A stretch of 64,000 nt of DNA from Sphyrna mokarran (GCA_024679065.1 JAGIQG010000009.1:69688001-69752000); one strand, 5' to 3'. Shown: positions 1-13,405, numbered from the stretch's first letter. The notes: generated by a model not told the origin, from the sequence alone. Numbers and translations: made by a program.

Positions 1-470
1 GAGAAAAACTTTCAGGTAGTGGTGTTTCCATGCGTTTGCTGCTTTTTGTCCTTCTAGATGTTAATGGACGCCCAGTTTTTGGTCAATAATCAATCCCCAG
101 TGGGAGATTCAGTGATGGTAATACACAAAAATGTCAATGTCAAGAATGCAACAATTAGATTATCTTGTTGTTAATGATCATTAGCTGGTGTTTGTGTGGC
201 ATGCATGAATGTTGCCACCTGTAAGTCAAAGCCTAGATATTGCCCAGGTCTAAGTGTATTTGTACTGAAGCAATTCATATCCAAAGTCACAAATGGTGCT
301 CATCAAACCATGCAGTCATCAGCCACAATCTTCACTTCTGACCTTTAGGGGGAAGGATGGTCATTGGTGAAGCAGTTGAAGATTGTTTCACCTAGGACAC
401 CATACTGAGGAACGCCACCAATGACAACCTGGAAGAGAGCTGACTGATCGCCAATATTCTTGATATCACA
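1..470 (-). mobile_element. Highly decayed non-LTR retrotransposon RT fragment
   Basis: GGVPQYGVLGETIFNCFTND, followed in a shifted frame by EVKIVADDC, resembles GVPQGSVLGP..F..ND / FADD. Confidence 0.65.
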
Positions 471-584
471 AGGAGTGAACTGATTTGGCTGAAGACTGGC
501 ATCTGTGATGCTGGTTACATAGAAATCAGAAGCAGAGTAGACCATTTGACAGAGGCCTTTCATTTTGTTCATGGCTAATCATAA

Positions 585-750
585 AATGTGTGGATTAGGT
601 TGACTGACCGATGATAAACTACCCTTTGGTATCAGGGGACACAAATATGTAGGGTTATGGAGGTAGGCCCTGACTGCGATTGTTGCAGGTGCGGGCTCGA
701 TGGGTCAAATGGTTTCTTCCCACTCTGTAGGGATTCAATGATTTTATGAA
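585..750 (+). mobile_element. 3' part of an HE1-like SINE, followed by a short CR1 relic at about 770-890 (-)
   Basis: ttaggttgactgacc..taaactaccc..gggctcgatgggtcaaatgg..ctctgtagggattc. Confidence 0.65.
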
Positions 751-1020
751 ATCAGATCATGTTTTGGCCTCAAATACATTGTGGTAGCGAATTCCACACA
801 TTTACCACCGTCTCGATGAAGAAATTTCTCTTCACCTCAGTTCTAAAAGGTTTATCCCTCATCCTCAAACCATGATCCCTAGTTATGGAAAAGTACCTCA
901 ACAGGAAGCCTATATGAAAGAAAGGCATAGCGTCAGTTTCGCATCTCATCTGAAAGACTGTGCTTCCTCAGCACTGTACTATTGTGGAAATCTAGGCTAT
1001 GTGCAAATCTCTGGCATGGT

Positions 1021-1136
1021 AAAAGCAAAATACTGAGATGCAGAGATCGGAAACAAAAACAGAAAATGCTGGAAAACCTCAGCAGGTTTGATAGCATACA
1101 AAGAGAGAGAGAGAATAGAGCCAGAATGACCCTTTG
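1021..1136. mobile_element. Short dispersed repeat, probably a second Penelope-like family (opposite-orientation copy at about 49550-49610)
   Basis: aaaatgctggaaaacctcagcaggtttgatagcat versus atgctgccagacctgctctgagcattttaagcatttt. Confidence 0.5.
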
Positions 1137-1434
1137 TGGCACAGCATTGTTTGTTTTTGTCCCTGGAATGAGATGAGATCTCATTATTAAAAATCCTTCA
1201 AAACAAAATTTATGAAAATGTACAGAAAGTCCTGATGACATCGAAAACCCCTGATGGACATAGTTGAGCCCAATTGGAAGTGAGCTAAGTCAGGCAAGGA
1301 GACATGCAGTCAAAAGCTCATGTAACAGTATCCCAGCCAGGACAAGTGAAGCACATAAATATTATGATCACTGCACAATCCTAAGTCATCTCAAATTTGA
1401 GGCAATGATCCCATGCAGAAACGCACTGCCTATT

Positions 1435-1470
1435 TTATATTAAGATTGAGACTTATATTAAGATTGAGAC
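1435..1470 (+). repeat. Perfect 18-bp tandem duplication
   Basis: TTATATTAAGATTGAGAC twice. Confidence 0.95.
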
Positions 1471-2275
1471 TTACACCAATGTGATTATATAGATCACTGG
1501 CATGAAACATGCCTTGGCAATCAATTCAAATTTAAAGATCATTCAGCATCAGCAACATATCAATTTCCTACCTCTGACAAGGGAAAATAGCAATAAGCTC
1601 TCATGGTTGTGCACTTCATATAACTTGTGCTCATTGCTCAACTGTTTTATTTTTTTAAAAATCCCTTGAATGAAGAAAATTCTTTTAATCAGCAGCATGC
1701 CAAACAGAAAAAAAGAAAGCTTTACATCAACACTGAAGAAGCCACGGACAGAAGTCAAAAACAACTCACTTCAGATGTATCATTTCTTGAAAATAAAGAT
1801 GGGTTTAAAGGAATTGACTACTTCTTCTTCCCTCCCTTCACCAATTTGTCATAACACTTTTGTCAGAGGAGATCATTGAACAATGTGCAAGATTAATGCC
1901 AGAGCAATACGTGAAAGTTACAACACTTACACAGCCTTCATAGAACTTGCTTCCTTGTAGCAAATTCTAATCAATCACTGATACAGGCAGCAAATTAATT
2001 GGACAGATTGCATAATATCTGCTGTGAAAACTAATAATCTCATGGAATTCATTTTGGCAAAAATCAAAAAGTGAAATGAAATTATATCTTATTCTCTTTT
2101 CAAAAGGAATGTTAACCTTCCAAAATAACACTTAGCATCAGAATGTTCAACTTTATAATAAAACGCGCAAACGAATTCCTCTGCAAGGTCAGATCTCTGA
2201 TGCATCACTGCAGTTGTACGGTATACACTACCCAGACAGCTCCATACTCCCATCACAAATCTCTTTCCGAACGAT

Positions 2276-2372
2276 TCTCTCTCTCTCTCTCTTTCCCTCA
2301 CCCCATCCCACCCTCCTCCCCCCCCTCCTCCTCTCTACCCACCCCCCCCCCTCTCTCACATACACACAGACA
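2276..2372. repeat. (CT)n and C-rich polypyrimidine tract
   Basis: Directly visible. Confidence 0.85.
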
Positions 2373-3959
2373 GAACATGATTTTCACCCGAAGTGAAGTC
2401 AATTACCTGAAGCAGTTCTCTATCTCCCTGAATATTATCCTCCCTGTTCAAAGCCGTTACTGTATGTAAAATAAAAAGGAAGCTCGTTGCAGCTTGGCCT
2501 CAGCTGAGCTTGTGCACAATAGCTGCAGATGAACAATGATAGTGCTTCCCAATCCCCCGTTACCTTTAGGTTGGAGAAAAGTCAAATATTTTAGAAAATC
2601 CCACACTGTAGCAGAACTCGGAGGCAAGTACTCTGCAGTTAATTAAACGTACCCTTGTTTAAAGTGTGTGGATTGACGATTTTTTTTAAAGAATACCACA
2701 ACTAAAATCCTTCAACAATCGGGAACCTTTGTTAACAGTTAACATCTCATGTTTGGAGCACAGGTTTGCCACACTACACCTCCAGGAACTGATGTATATC
2801 AATATAGAACCTGAAGCTTCATTATTTTAATAGCGGATGTACATTTCCTCCTTACTCTGCTCCCGACCCCAGCATATTATTCAGATTTTATCCCTTATCA
2901 GTAACTTATATTTTGCAACTGGGCGATTCTATAGGCTGCGGTACGCTTTTCTAATAAAACAATTTGCAGCAAACAAAGTGCAAGGGCTGGGAGCTATAGA
3001 TTGCATTGCTGAGGAGTCACTTGGGAGGCGTTTCAAGACAGCCAAACATTGAATTCCACCCCCTCCCCTTCTTTTCCCCAACTAGTAACACCGAAACAAG
3101 AACTCGGAGCTCCACCTGGACCAGAATTTTGCTTGTAACATTTTTGCGCAGCCGGGCCGTTTGCGAACACATTTGATTTGATGGAATGAAGAATGAAGCT
3201 ATTTGGTCATGAACGCCAGAATATTACTAAAACTTCTCATTCGGTGATTTTAAACCAACTGCAGTTTTCAAATGCCATGTTGCGTTTGCCCTCCCCAGCA
3301 AACACATACAAATCCCAAATTGCTGAATTTACAATTTGATTAAAAAGCTAATACAACAGCCCCCTCAGCGGTTACACGCCTGAACTGTTCCAGTAAAAAG
3401 TCGCACTCAAATATGCGAAAGACCTTCTCTGCGAGAGGCAAAAACTGAGAGGATGGAGCAGTGAGTGATGATGCTGTGTAGACACTCTCATCAGTAATGC
3501 TATGGCGAATATCCATCCACCAGCCATCTCACTGGGGAAAACAGTAACAGCCTCTTCCAAACAAGCCAAAAGGGGCCTTCCAGAAATGGTCCATGAAAAC
3601 AAAGTGATTTTTTTCAGCTTAAATGAATAAGTGGTCAATTAAAATTGACATTTCTGGCTTAATTAAAGTGGCCAACAAAAACAAAGTGGCGTTTCTAATT
3701 TGACTGATGAATAAAGCACACCAAGTGGCTGTTAGTTCAACCAAAACCAGTTATTACTTAATACGAGTAAAATATACAGCACACACATTATTATGCAGTC
3801 CTAGGTATATTTCACACAGATGCCGCTCAAATATAATCCTTCTCTCCTCCAACCACTGATGCAGAGTCAGGATTTGCCGCGAAATAACCTTATTATAGAA
3901 AAATAAACTTGCTATTTGGAATATGTAACTATACAGCGAATCCAGCGATAACTATCTGC

Positions 3960-4600
3960 TCAATACAGCCATCAGTAACCAAGCCCCCACACAGTGAGAA
4001 TCAAGCCTCGCCTCTCTCTCAGACACATACCGAGGAGTTGCTTTCCTCCGGACACCGGGCTTGATAGCTCTGCAGGGCCACATTGGGCTCGTCCAGCAGT
4101 TCCAGCACCAAGCTCCGCTGGATGTTCCGCACTGCCGAGCGCTTGCGGTCGAACATGCCGTGAGTGCCCACATCGGGGCTCCAGATCGGGGCTTGCAAGA
4201 GTTCCACAGGAGACGGAGAAATCATTGGCGAGAAGGGAAAAAAAAAACACAATCCACCGGCTCAAAAAGTCATGTTTCGTTCCCAGCACCAAAAGCTGGA
4301 GTGCAGAGAGGTCGCCTTTTCTTGTCTCTCTCTCTCTCTCTCTCTGCCGTTGCCTGGCAGCCTCGTGGAAGCTTGCCCCAGCTTTCTGCCTAACGAGCAA
4401 CAGCTGCTGGCCAGCGCCACCTTCTCCCCTCCCACTCCACAGTCATCAAACTCCGCTCCGCATCCAGATCCACTCCGGATCGTACTGCCGCAGATTACCT
4501 CCCACCCTGATCTCACTCCCCCCCCCGTCTTGGATGTCTGAGAGAGAGGGAGAGAACTCCTGGCAGAAGCTCAGACACACACAACCTACTCTGGAGTAGG
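3960..4600 (-). promoter_or_regulatory. CpG-rich promoter/5' UTR region around the RGL1-like first exon
   Basis: Visibly higher GC and CpG density than the AT-rich, CpG-poor flanks; contains CT/GA tracts. Confidence 0.55.
4031..4225 (-). CDS. RGL1: Probable alternative first coding exon of RGL1 (Ral GDP dissociation stimulator-like 1); 65 aa, MISPSPVELLQ...VALQSYQARCPEESNSS
   Basis: ATG at 4225, 65 open codons, then a phase-0 donor TCG|GTATGT (4030-4025). CpG-rich context. The peptide resembles the long N-terminal exon of fish RGL1/RALGDS as recalled (MIS...LLLE..xVALQxYQxRxPE). It is antisense to APOBEC4, as in human synteny. Downstream exons lie outside the window. Confidence 0.7.
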
Positions 4601-4602
4601 TA

Positions 4603-4740
4603 AACACAGTAAGACGTCTCACAACACCAGGTTAAAGTCCAACAAGTTTATTTGATAGTAAACCCACTAGCTTTCGGGGTTTGCCCGAAAGGGGACTTCT
4701 TATTGCGTTTACCCCAGTCCAACGCCGGCATCTCCACATT
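4603..4740. mobile_element. Penelope-like terminal relic with an 11-bp TSD
   Basis: Homologous to 53201-53370. Flanked by TGGAGTAGGTA at 4592-4602 and 4741-4751. Confidence 0.7.
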
Positions 4741-5149
4741 TGGAGTAGGTAGGCAGGGTGCGAATTTGGAAAAGCGGTCAACTCTCGCTCTCTCTTTCAG
4801 GCAAACCAAATAAACCAAATTAAGTCTCGCACTGCACCAAGACACACGGAGTTCTTTTTACAAAAACAACACATTTCCTCACATTAAGTGTTCACTACAG
4901 CTCATTAGAATGAAGATAATTTGAGTCTTCAGCTATGATAGAGACTGGCTTCAACGCCTGCGGGACACCGCAGGGACTGGAGTGTATCACTGACCCCTTT
5001 AATCACATTTTGATTTGATGTTTTCAGTTTCCTTTGTACTTCTGTTCGGGCTGTTCCCCCTCTTTTTGGGGAGCTGCCCCTTTTACTTTGTCCCTGAGTT
5101 AATTTGAGTTAGTTTGGCTTGCTCTAAAAGACACCCCTTATAGCAGAGG

Positions 5150-6065
5150 GGAAGGGGATTGAGGTGCACAAAATTATGAGGGACGTAGCTGGGTAGATAG
5201 GAGAGAACTTTTTCCCCCTGAGTAGAGAAGTCACAAACCTGGGGGCATAGATTTAAAGCAAGGAGTAGGAGATTTAGAGGAGATTTGAGGATTTTTTTTC
5301 ATTTAGAGGATCATGAGCTCACAGCCTGAAGGAGTAGGAAAGGCAGGAATCCTTAGAACATTTAAGAAGCATTTGGATAAGCACTTAAAACTCATGGCAT
5401 ACAAGGCTATCGACCAAGTGATGGAAAGTGCAATCCGATTTTGTAGGTGCTTGATGGTCAACACAGATATAATGGATTGAACGTTTCCAGGCTATGCCAA
5501 AAAGTTCTACTTTTTTAATCAAAGATTTGGGCATGATTTAGGCTTGAATGTAAGAAGGCTGATCAGTAACTTTATGGAAGATACAAAAATTGGTGGAGAG
5601 ACAAATAGTCTTACATTACAGGAGAATATAGATGGGCTGGTCAGATGGGCTAATAATATGACTTCTCTACTAAGGGGGAAAAAGGTCTCTCCTATCTACC
5701 CAGCTAATATATAAACTCAGCAAGTTTTGATGATATGGAGTTCACTACCCAAAAGAGTAGTGGAAGCAGATTTGGGAATCAAAGGACAAAGTAGTGCCAA
5801 GCTAGGAGGAAAGAGCTGCAGGGGATGGGACCCACTGGGACTCTGCAAGGTGGTATAGGCACAATGGGGCGAAAAGCCACTATCTATCATGTAAAATTCT
5901 ATGAGAATGCTCACCAGTGAACTAATAAAGACACATTCTCATAAAGTCAAGAACAATACAGCATGGAAACAGGCCCTTAGGCCCAACTGGTTCATGCCAA
6001 TCATGTGCCCTCCCAGCCAGTCCCAATTGCCCAAATTTGGCTCCTATGCCTTTAATCCTTTCCAA
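5150..6065. mobile_element. Cluster of decayed CR1 3' fragments in both orientations
   Basis: Relics of the RT C-terminus (gaggtgcacaaaattatgaggg, ggggcatagatttaaag) and CR1-type tails (gcatggaaacaggcccttaggcccaac). Confidence 0.7.
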
Positions 6066-6224
6066 CAGGAAGAATGATTCAGTCCAGCTTGCCCATGCAA
6101 AATGCAGCAATCCATCCTCACCATCCGATGCAGAGACAGATAATGAGCTTAGTGGGAGAAATATACAGAGAGATCATGTGCTCAATATAGTACTAGCTCT
6201 CTTCTGAGATTCAGATTTCTGTTT

Positions 6225-8873
6225 AAGAACAAAGAACAAAACAGCACGGGAAACAGGCCCTTTGGCCCAACGAGCCTGCGCGCCACCTCACTGTTCCCAC
6301 TTCTACCCATGATCCCTGTCTATGTTTATAGATCAAAGAACAAAGAACAAAACAGCACGGGAAACAGGCCCTTCGGTCCAACGAGCCCATGCTGCCACCC
6401 TGATGTTCCCACCTCTCCCTGTGATCCCTGTCAATGTTTATGGATCAATAGATTAAAAACCAAATTTGAGACAATTTAGGGAGAATTTGTTTTGTCAATT
6501 AGCCTAAGGGCACATTTTTGGGATGTGGTAGGAAACCGGAGCACACGGAGAAAACCCATGCAAGCACGGGGAGAATGCACAAACTCCCACAGACACAGGC
6601 CCAAATCCATGTATCTGCAAAGCACAGCAATAGTCACTGAGCTGTCATGTTGCCCATCAAATGGTCCAGGTCAAGCGTACACTAACAATGTGAAGCACTA
6701 GAATACTCTCGAAAAAAATCCAAGAGCAGCCCTCTCACGACGCATCATGTGTATGCTCCTTGTTAGACAACAAGGTGGACCAAAGCACCTGTAAGATAAA
6801 AACAAGTACATCAACATCATCATCTATTTACACACTTCCCAAGGACTCCGAAGGTCATGACCTCTATTTTAAATCAGTTTTCTATACCCCTCTATTCCCA
6901 TTCTGTTCATGTGCCCATCTAAGTATTTCTTAAATAGCTCCAGAGTGCCTGCCTCCACCACTTGGCAGTGCATTTCATACCCCCACTGCCCTCTGTGTGA
7001 AAAAACTCCCTCTAGCATCCAAATTATACCTTACCCCCCTCATCCTAAGCCCGTGACCCCTTGTGCTATTCGAGTCCATCCGAGGAAAAAGCTTAACCCT
7101 GTTTACTCTATCTATACCCCTCATCATCTTGTACACCTCGATTAGATCTCCTCTAAGTCTATGTCTTTCTAAGGAAAACAGCCCCAATTTGCCTAACCTC
7201 TCCTCGTAACTCAGACCTTCCATACCAGGCAGCATCCTGGTAAACCTCCTCTGCATTCTCTCCAGAGTCTCTACGTCCTTTCGGTAGTAAGGCGACCAGA
7301 ACTGGACACAGTATTCCAAATGAGGTCTAACCAATGTTTTATACAACTGCAACATTAAAGGCCAGCTCTTGTACTCTATACTCCTTCCTATAAAGGCTAG
7401 CATATCACATACTTTCTTCACAACCTTCTCCACCTGCTCTGCCACCTTCAGAGACTTATACACCTGCACCCCCAGGTCCCTCTGTGTTTCTATACTCTTA
7501 ATAGGTCCACTCTTTATCATATACCTCCTCCCTACATTCTTTCTCCCGAAATGCATCACGTCACATTTATCAGGATTGAAATCCATCCGCCATCTATCTG
7601 CCCAAGCTACCAGCCTATCTATGTCCTGCTGTATTGCCTGACAATGCTCCTCACTATCCGCAAGTCCAGCCATCTTTGTATCATCTGCAAACTTGCTGAT
7701 CACTCCACTTACTCCTTCTTCCAAGTCATTTATATATATTACAAATAGATGAGGTCCCAGTGCCGAGCCCTGCGGCACACCACTAGTGACCGACCTCCAG
7801 CTGGAAAAACACCCTTCCACTATTACTCTCTGTCTCCTACTACCAAGCCAGTTACTTATCCATCTAGCTACCTGTCCTTGTATCCCATTAGCCTGGACCT
7901 TTTCAATTAACCTCCCATGAGGGACTTTCTCAAACGCCTTACTAAAATCCATATAGACGACATCAGCAGCTCGCCTTTGTCGACTGTTTTCATCACCTCC
8001 TCAAAAATTCTACCAGATTTGTAAGACACGACCTCCTTTTAACAAAGCCATGCTGCGTATCCCTAATCAGATCGCAACGCTCTAAGTGCCTATACATCCT
8101 ATCTCTAAGAATCCCCTCCAACAGCTTCCCTACCACTGATGTCAAACTCACCAACCTATAATTTCCAGGGTTATCCCTACTACCCTTTTTAAACAACGGT
8201 ACAACATTAGTTATTCTCCAGTCCTCTGAGACCTCACCTGTGTCCAAAGAAGAGACAAAGATTTGCATCAGAGGCCTAGCAATTTCACCTTGTGCCTCCC
8301 TAAGCAGCCTGGGATAAATGCCATCAGGCCCCGGAGATTTATCAGTTTTAATGCTACCTAGAAGCTCTAACACTTCCTCCCTCGGTATGGATACTTCCCT
8401 CAACTGGTCTACAGCTCCCTTAGAGACAGGACCGGTCAACAAGCCCCTTTCCTTCGTGAATACTGACGCAAAGTATTCATTCAGGATCTCCCCCATTTCC
8501 TCGGGCTCTAAGCACAGTTCCCCTCCTCTGTCCCTAAGAGATCCGATTTTTCCTCTAACCACCCTTTTATTCCTAAAATAGGAGTGAAAAGCTTTTGGAT
8601 TTTCCCTAATCCTATCCGCCAAAACCATTTCATGCCCCCTTTTTGCCCTTCTAACTCCCCGTTTGAGCTCCCTCCTACTCTCTCTGTATTCCTCCAACGC
8701 TGTTTCCAGCTGCTTTGACCTAACATATGCCTCTCTTTTCCTCCTAACCAAGTCCTCAATATCCCTAGTAATCCACGGCTCTAATCCTACCTTTCCCATC
8801 TTTCCTCTTAGCCGGCACATACCTTTCTTGCAACATTTTCAGTATTCCCTTGAAAGAATCCCACATGCCTAGC
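6225..8873 (-). mobile_element. CR1 LINE, 5'-truncated, same family as the 53.7-57.7 kb copy; ORF2 split by a frameshift (7993-8820 and 6975-7952)
   Basis: Translations are nearly the same as those of 54374-55360 and 56076-57158 (KSPGPDG, GVPQGS, FADD). Same long 3' UTR and (AAGAACA)n tail on the + strand. Confidence 0.95.
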
Positions 8874-11800
8874 ATAAAAACAAATTCCTGTTGATACTTT
8901 TGAGACTATCATTATGAGAGAAATTCTGCCACTTTTCTTACTGCTAAGTATATCTTTGAAATAATGTTTTAGATATTTATATCATGAAATATGATTTATA
9001 TCATATGATTTGGTAAATGATACCAATTATTTACAGAAACCTGGAAGTAAAACCCAAATTTAATTTAGCAGCATCATTCTTACTGTGTTAACAGATCTTT
9101 CCTAACTGGCAGACCGATCTTGAAGCAGTAGATCCATTTCAAATATAACACTGTGGGAATGACATGGAAACAAGGCACAGGGACCAGGGTTGTGGGAAGG
9201 GGGACATCTCACTATTCACACCACTGGCTAGGCCCATCAAAAATAGCCCTCAGTTTGGGAGATGTCTCACCAAACTATGGATTAACTAATCACAAGTTAG
9301 TGCTCCCCGTATTCTTTAATTTGCTTGAAATTATTGTGAGAAAGTACCTTCTCCAGAATGACATATAGCAACCAATTTCAATGGAGGTTGGAAGGAAAGC
9401 TTTAGTTGCTTTTAATCAACAAACAAGCTAACTCACATGTCATAAAACTCTGACTGGCACAACGTTATTAGTATATTTTAATCAAAACAGTCTATGTCGG
9501 ATTGTAGCTAAAATATAAGTTTGAGAATAATGTGTATTATTGCTATAGATGGATTTCATAGGTTAGAGCACTTCATATAGAAGGTTACTGTTTTGGACTA
9601 GTTGTTAAAATCCTCATGCTGAGGAGAGTTGAGTCCATTTATAGAACACCTTCCATAATCCCAAGACATCCCAAAATGTTTCCAGCCAATAAAATACCTC
9701 TTAAGTGGAATGACGGTAGGGGAAATTATAGCCAATGTGTATCTAATAAGGTACCACAGACAGCAGAGAGAATTACCAGATCATTTATTTAAGTTATGCT
9801 GGTTGAGAAGAGAATTCATGTTTTCTTTTGTAGTGTAGTGATATGGGATCTTTTATTGATTTAGCATGCAGTGACATGGAATCTTTTATTTCTACTTAGG
9901 AAGGCAGACAGGGGCTTGGTTTAACATATTTTAAAAATTACACTTGCAACAATGCAGCATTCCTTCAGTGTTGCACAGGAATGTAAAACTCAAAGACTCG
10001 GATGTGGGAATCAAATCCACTAGCCCCCAGAACCATGGCTGACCCCAGAAAGACAACGCTTCATTTACATGAATATAGGTGACTGTTTAAATATGGCAGA
10101 CAATAAAAGCAAATCTGTGTGAGTACTGCCTGCATAAGATGCATGATTAAATAATAAGTGTAATGTGTGAGTGACAAGGAGCTCTACAATTTGATGGTGT
10201 GTGAATTGCATATTCAAAGTAAAAAGGAGACAGCAGACTTTGGTAATTTTAACATGGATGAAACTGGCAAACCTTAGCATACATACATGAAATTCATCTT
10301 TTTTCAGCTACTTACTGAAGGTAAAATTCCCCAAGTGATACAGGTGAAAGAACATATCCCACTATAATTGATCACAGTTAATATTGGAATTCATAAAAAA
10401 TCCCTCGTTTTAAAATGTCGGTCTCTCCACATTTCTAATTAACCCCTTTTTTATTGCTGCACAATAGAGTTTTTTGCCTTGATTCATGTTAAATAGCAAC
10501 ATTCTGTTAAAAGACAAGTATTGTATCTTATGGGTTTTTAGCAACTTAATTCTTCACAACTGACCAGCACCTGTTATTTAAGAAACAAAATACTTAATCA
10601 GCCTATAATTCTGGATCATTTCCAAACCATATCATGTGACAAGTTAAAAATTCATAGTGAAACAGACTTCTTACAGAGTTCTGTCTTCTCTCTTGCTGCT
10701 GCCAGATTAAAAAAAGGCATTTGTATTATAAGATCTGTTTACTCAGAACCCTACAGGGAATTTCAGAGTTAGAGTCATTGGTGAATTCCCCGAGTGGATT
10801 TCCCAATGAAGAGAAGCTTTGGAGTTTCCACTGCAACATTTTCAAGCTTGATTTTCTGCCTCTCCATATTAATTGCTGATGGAGATGGAAAGCCCCAACT
10901 TTTGATTCCTTTGTGAAAGATCACGGAAAGTGTAGCAGCAGGTGGGTTTAAAGATAACATGGTAAGGCGGATGAGACAGATGGGACTGGATGCAATAAAT
11001 ATCCCACTATAATTCATCACAGTTGGTCTTGCAACATACACAAAGATTCTCTTTTTAATAAATAACGTTGGTCCCTGCACCTTTCTAACAAACACATATT
11101 GAATCATTACACAACACAGTGTTCATTCTCAAAAATGACATTATCTTGCCATTGAGAGTTGGACTGGGAAATACATGGGTGCAGACATTGATGCTCTCTC
11201 TGATTCAAAAGTCCAACATTGGTTATCTGGCTAAGAGTTTCTAATCAGTGTGTCTTGGCACACTGATGTCCCATGAAGACCCCCTCCAAAGAAAGATGCA
11301 ATATTTAAAAAATTCATGTAATTAAACCAAAACTAATTTTTGTCTTCAGCTTTGTGGTTGACCCCTCCAAGACCCAATGAATCTTGGCCTCCCGTGCATG
11401 CACCGTCTGGAAAGAGACACACATGCACAGTTTAAATTTTTTTTTGTTTGTCACGCCCATGTGCTTAAGCAATGGGACTTGGGGCTGAGGACAAAAAGCT
11501 GCATAAAAAACAAAAGCTCAAAGGGCACCAAAACCTTGGGAGAAATGAGAGAGAGAGAGAGAGAAAATGGAAGAAGCTAAAAAAAACACAGGCAAAAGAG
11601 AACAGGGAAAAGTTAAAAACAAAGTTCCCGGTAAGGGAAAACAGAGAAAATAGGCAGCCTCAAAATTCTTTCAGTCTGTTAGCCTCAGAGAGGAGTGGGA
11701 AGAAATGGAGGCTGAGGCCATGTCTGGACTAAAACCTGCGACTTCTGGCATACATTGATGGTCTTATTTGATGTTTCACCAAAAAGACAACATTCAGATA

Positions 11801-12574
11801 GTACTGCACTCCCTCAGTACTGTGCTAAAGTATTGGTTTAGATTGTGTGTTCAAGTCTCTGGAGTGGGGTTTAAATCCATAACTTTCTGCCTCAGATGGA
11901 TATTCTGCTGAGTCACAGTGGAGTGATGTATGTATAAGGAAGAGCTCACAATCAGTTAAAATATGCAAGTTGTTATTCACCAATCTCTGTGTCAACCAAT
12001 TAACAAACCACTTGTATGGTTCTGAATTCTTCCAACTGCACATTGAGCCATCTGCTTTGGGGCCGTTTCATACCATGGAAGTTCCTCTCACGGTGGTGAC
12101 AATGCAACTATGAGTGTTGGCATGTCTTCACCAATGCAGCTTTAATTGTTGAATTCCTAGCTAGTTCAAGGATGAATTTCAGTTTTTCATGTGCTATTTC
12201 AGGGATTGAAGTTTTGGAAAAATGCACAGATTTGCAATTCAATGTTGCAGAATGTTGGCAAGAGGTCAAAGGGATGTGAACTGAGTATCACAATGTGTAA
12301 CAGTCTCAATTCATTACAGACACTCATTTTCCCCTTTGTTTCCATTTACTGTATTTCAAATGCTGGATAACTTCCATGGAAATTGAGTTCTTAATGACAG
12401 AGGAAAAATCGTCACAGGGCAAGAACAAAATACTAACAGTCCCTGGAGTTCAAAAAACACTCAACAAAGTAAGAAAGTAGGAATAGGCCATTCAGGCATT
12501 GAAGCATTTTATTTGCAAATTATCCCATTTGAAGTCTTGGTTTCCAAGACTTGTTTAAAATTACAACATTAAGA

Positions 12575-12995
12575 ATACTTTTATATACACTTCTCATTAC
12601 CTCAAGATGTCCTGCAGCTCTTTACAAACAAATAAATATCTTTGAAATGACATCACTGTTGCAATGCGGGAAATGTAACAACCAACCTGCACAAATCACA
12701 TTCTCACAGCAGTATAATGGCCTGGTAATGAATATAATGTTGGTTGAGGGATAAATATTGGTCACAATTTTAGGAAGTACTCCAATGCATTTTGAAGTGG
12801 GTTTTTTACATCTACCTAAGGAGACAAGGAAGGCCTTATTTAACGTTATACCAATAAGACAGCACTTAGATGGTGCAGCACTCCCTTTAGTACTGCACCA
12901 AAATATTAATCTAGATTATGTGCTCAAGTCTCTGGAGTGGGACTTGATCCCACAATCTTCTGTCTCAGAGGTGGATGTTCCCAGTGAGTTGTAGC
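12575..12995 (-). mobile_element. Old Deu-domain SINE (SacSINE1-like); related fragments at about 930-1015, 9640-10030, 11755-11915 and 32120-32395
   Basis: Recurrent blocks gcagcactccct..agtactgcac..ctagattatgtgctcaagtctctggagtgggacttga and tgttggttgagggataaatattgg. The family name is from memory. Confidence 0.65.
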
Positions 12996-13164
12996 TGAGT
13001 GGTATATGCATAAGGAAGAGCTTGCATTCAATGAAAAAAAAACAATAATTTTTCACCAATCTCAATACTTGGGGAAGATGAAATCTGTACAAGCTAGATG
13101 GATTGCACCCCAGCAGACCTGGTTATTTCCTATTGCAGAACCAAAAGTAATATTTCTTTTGGTA

Positions 13165-13405
13165 ATATTTCTTCACTCAGAGCTGACAAACCCATGGAGT
13201 TCTCTGCCACAGAAGGATGTGGAGGCCAAATCACTGCACATATTTAATAAGGAAATAGATTTCTAGACTCTAAAGGTATCAAGAGTTATAGGAGGAGTGC
13301 TGGCGTATGGCATTGAGATAAAAGATCAACCATCATTATGTTGAATGGCAGAGCAGGCAAGAAGTGTCCAATGGCCTATCTTGCTCCTATTTTTTGTTTC
13401 TATGC
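13165..13405 (+). mobile_element. Decayed CR1 3' end
   Basis: ttcttcactcagag..tggagttctctgccacagaaggatgtggaggccaaatcactg and the tail tggcctatcttgctcctatt..gtttctatg. Confidence 0.7.

Noticed and set aside
543-572. MNKMKGLCQM as a possible equivalent of the RGL1 MKLLWQAKM exon
   Set aside because: Poor donor (GTCTAC), weak similarity, and it is sandwiched between repeats.
3994-4599. 201-aa plus-strand ORF and other overlapping ORFs
   Set aside because: Antisense shadows of a GC-rich exon/promoter; they run through a (CT)n microsatellite and show no domain signature.
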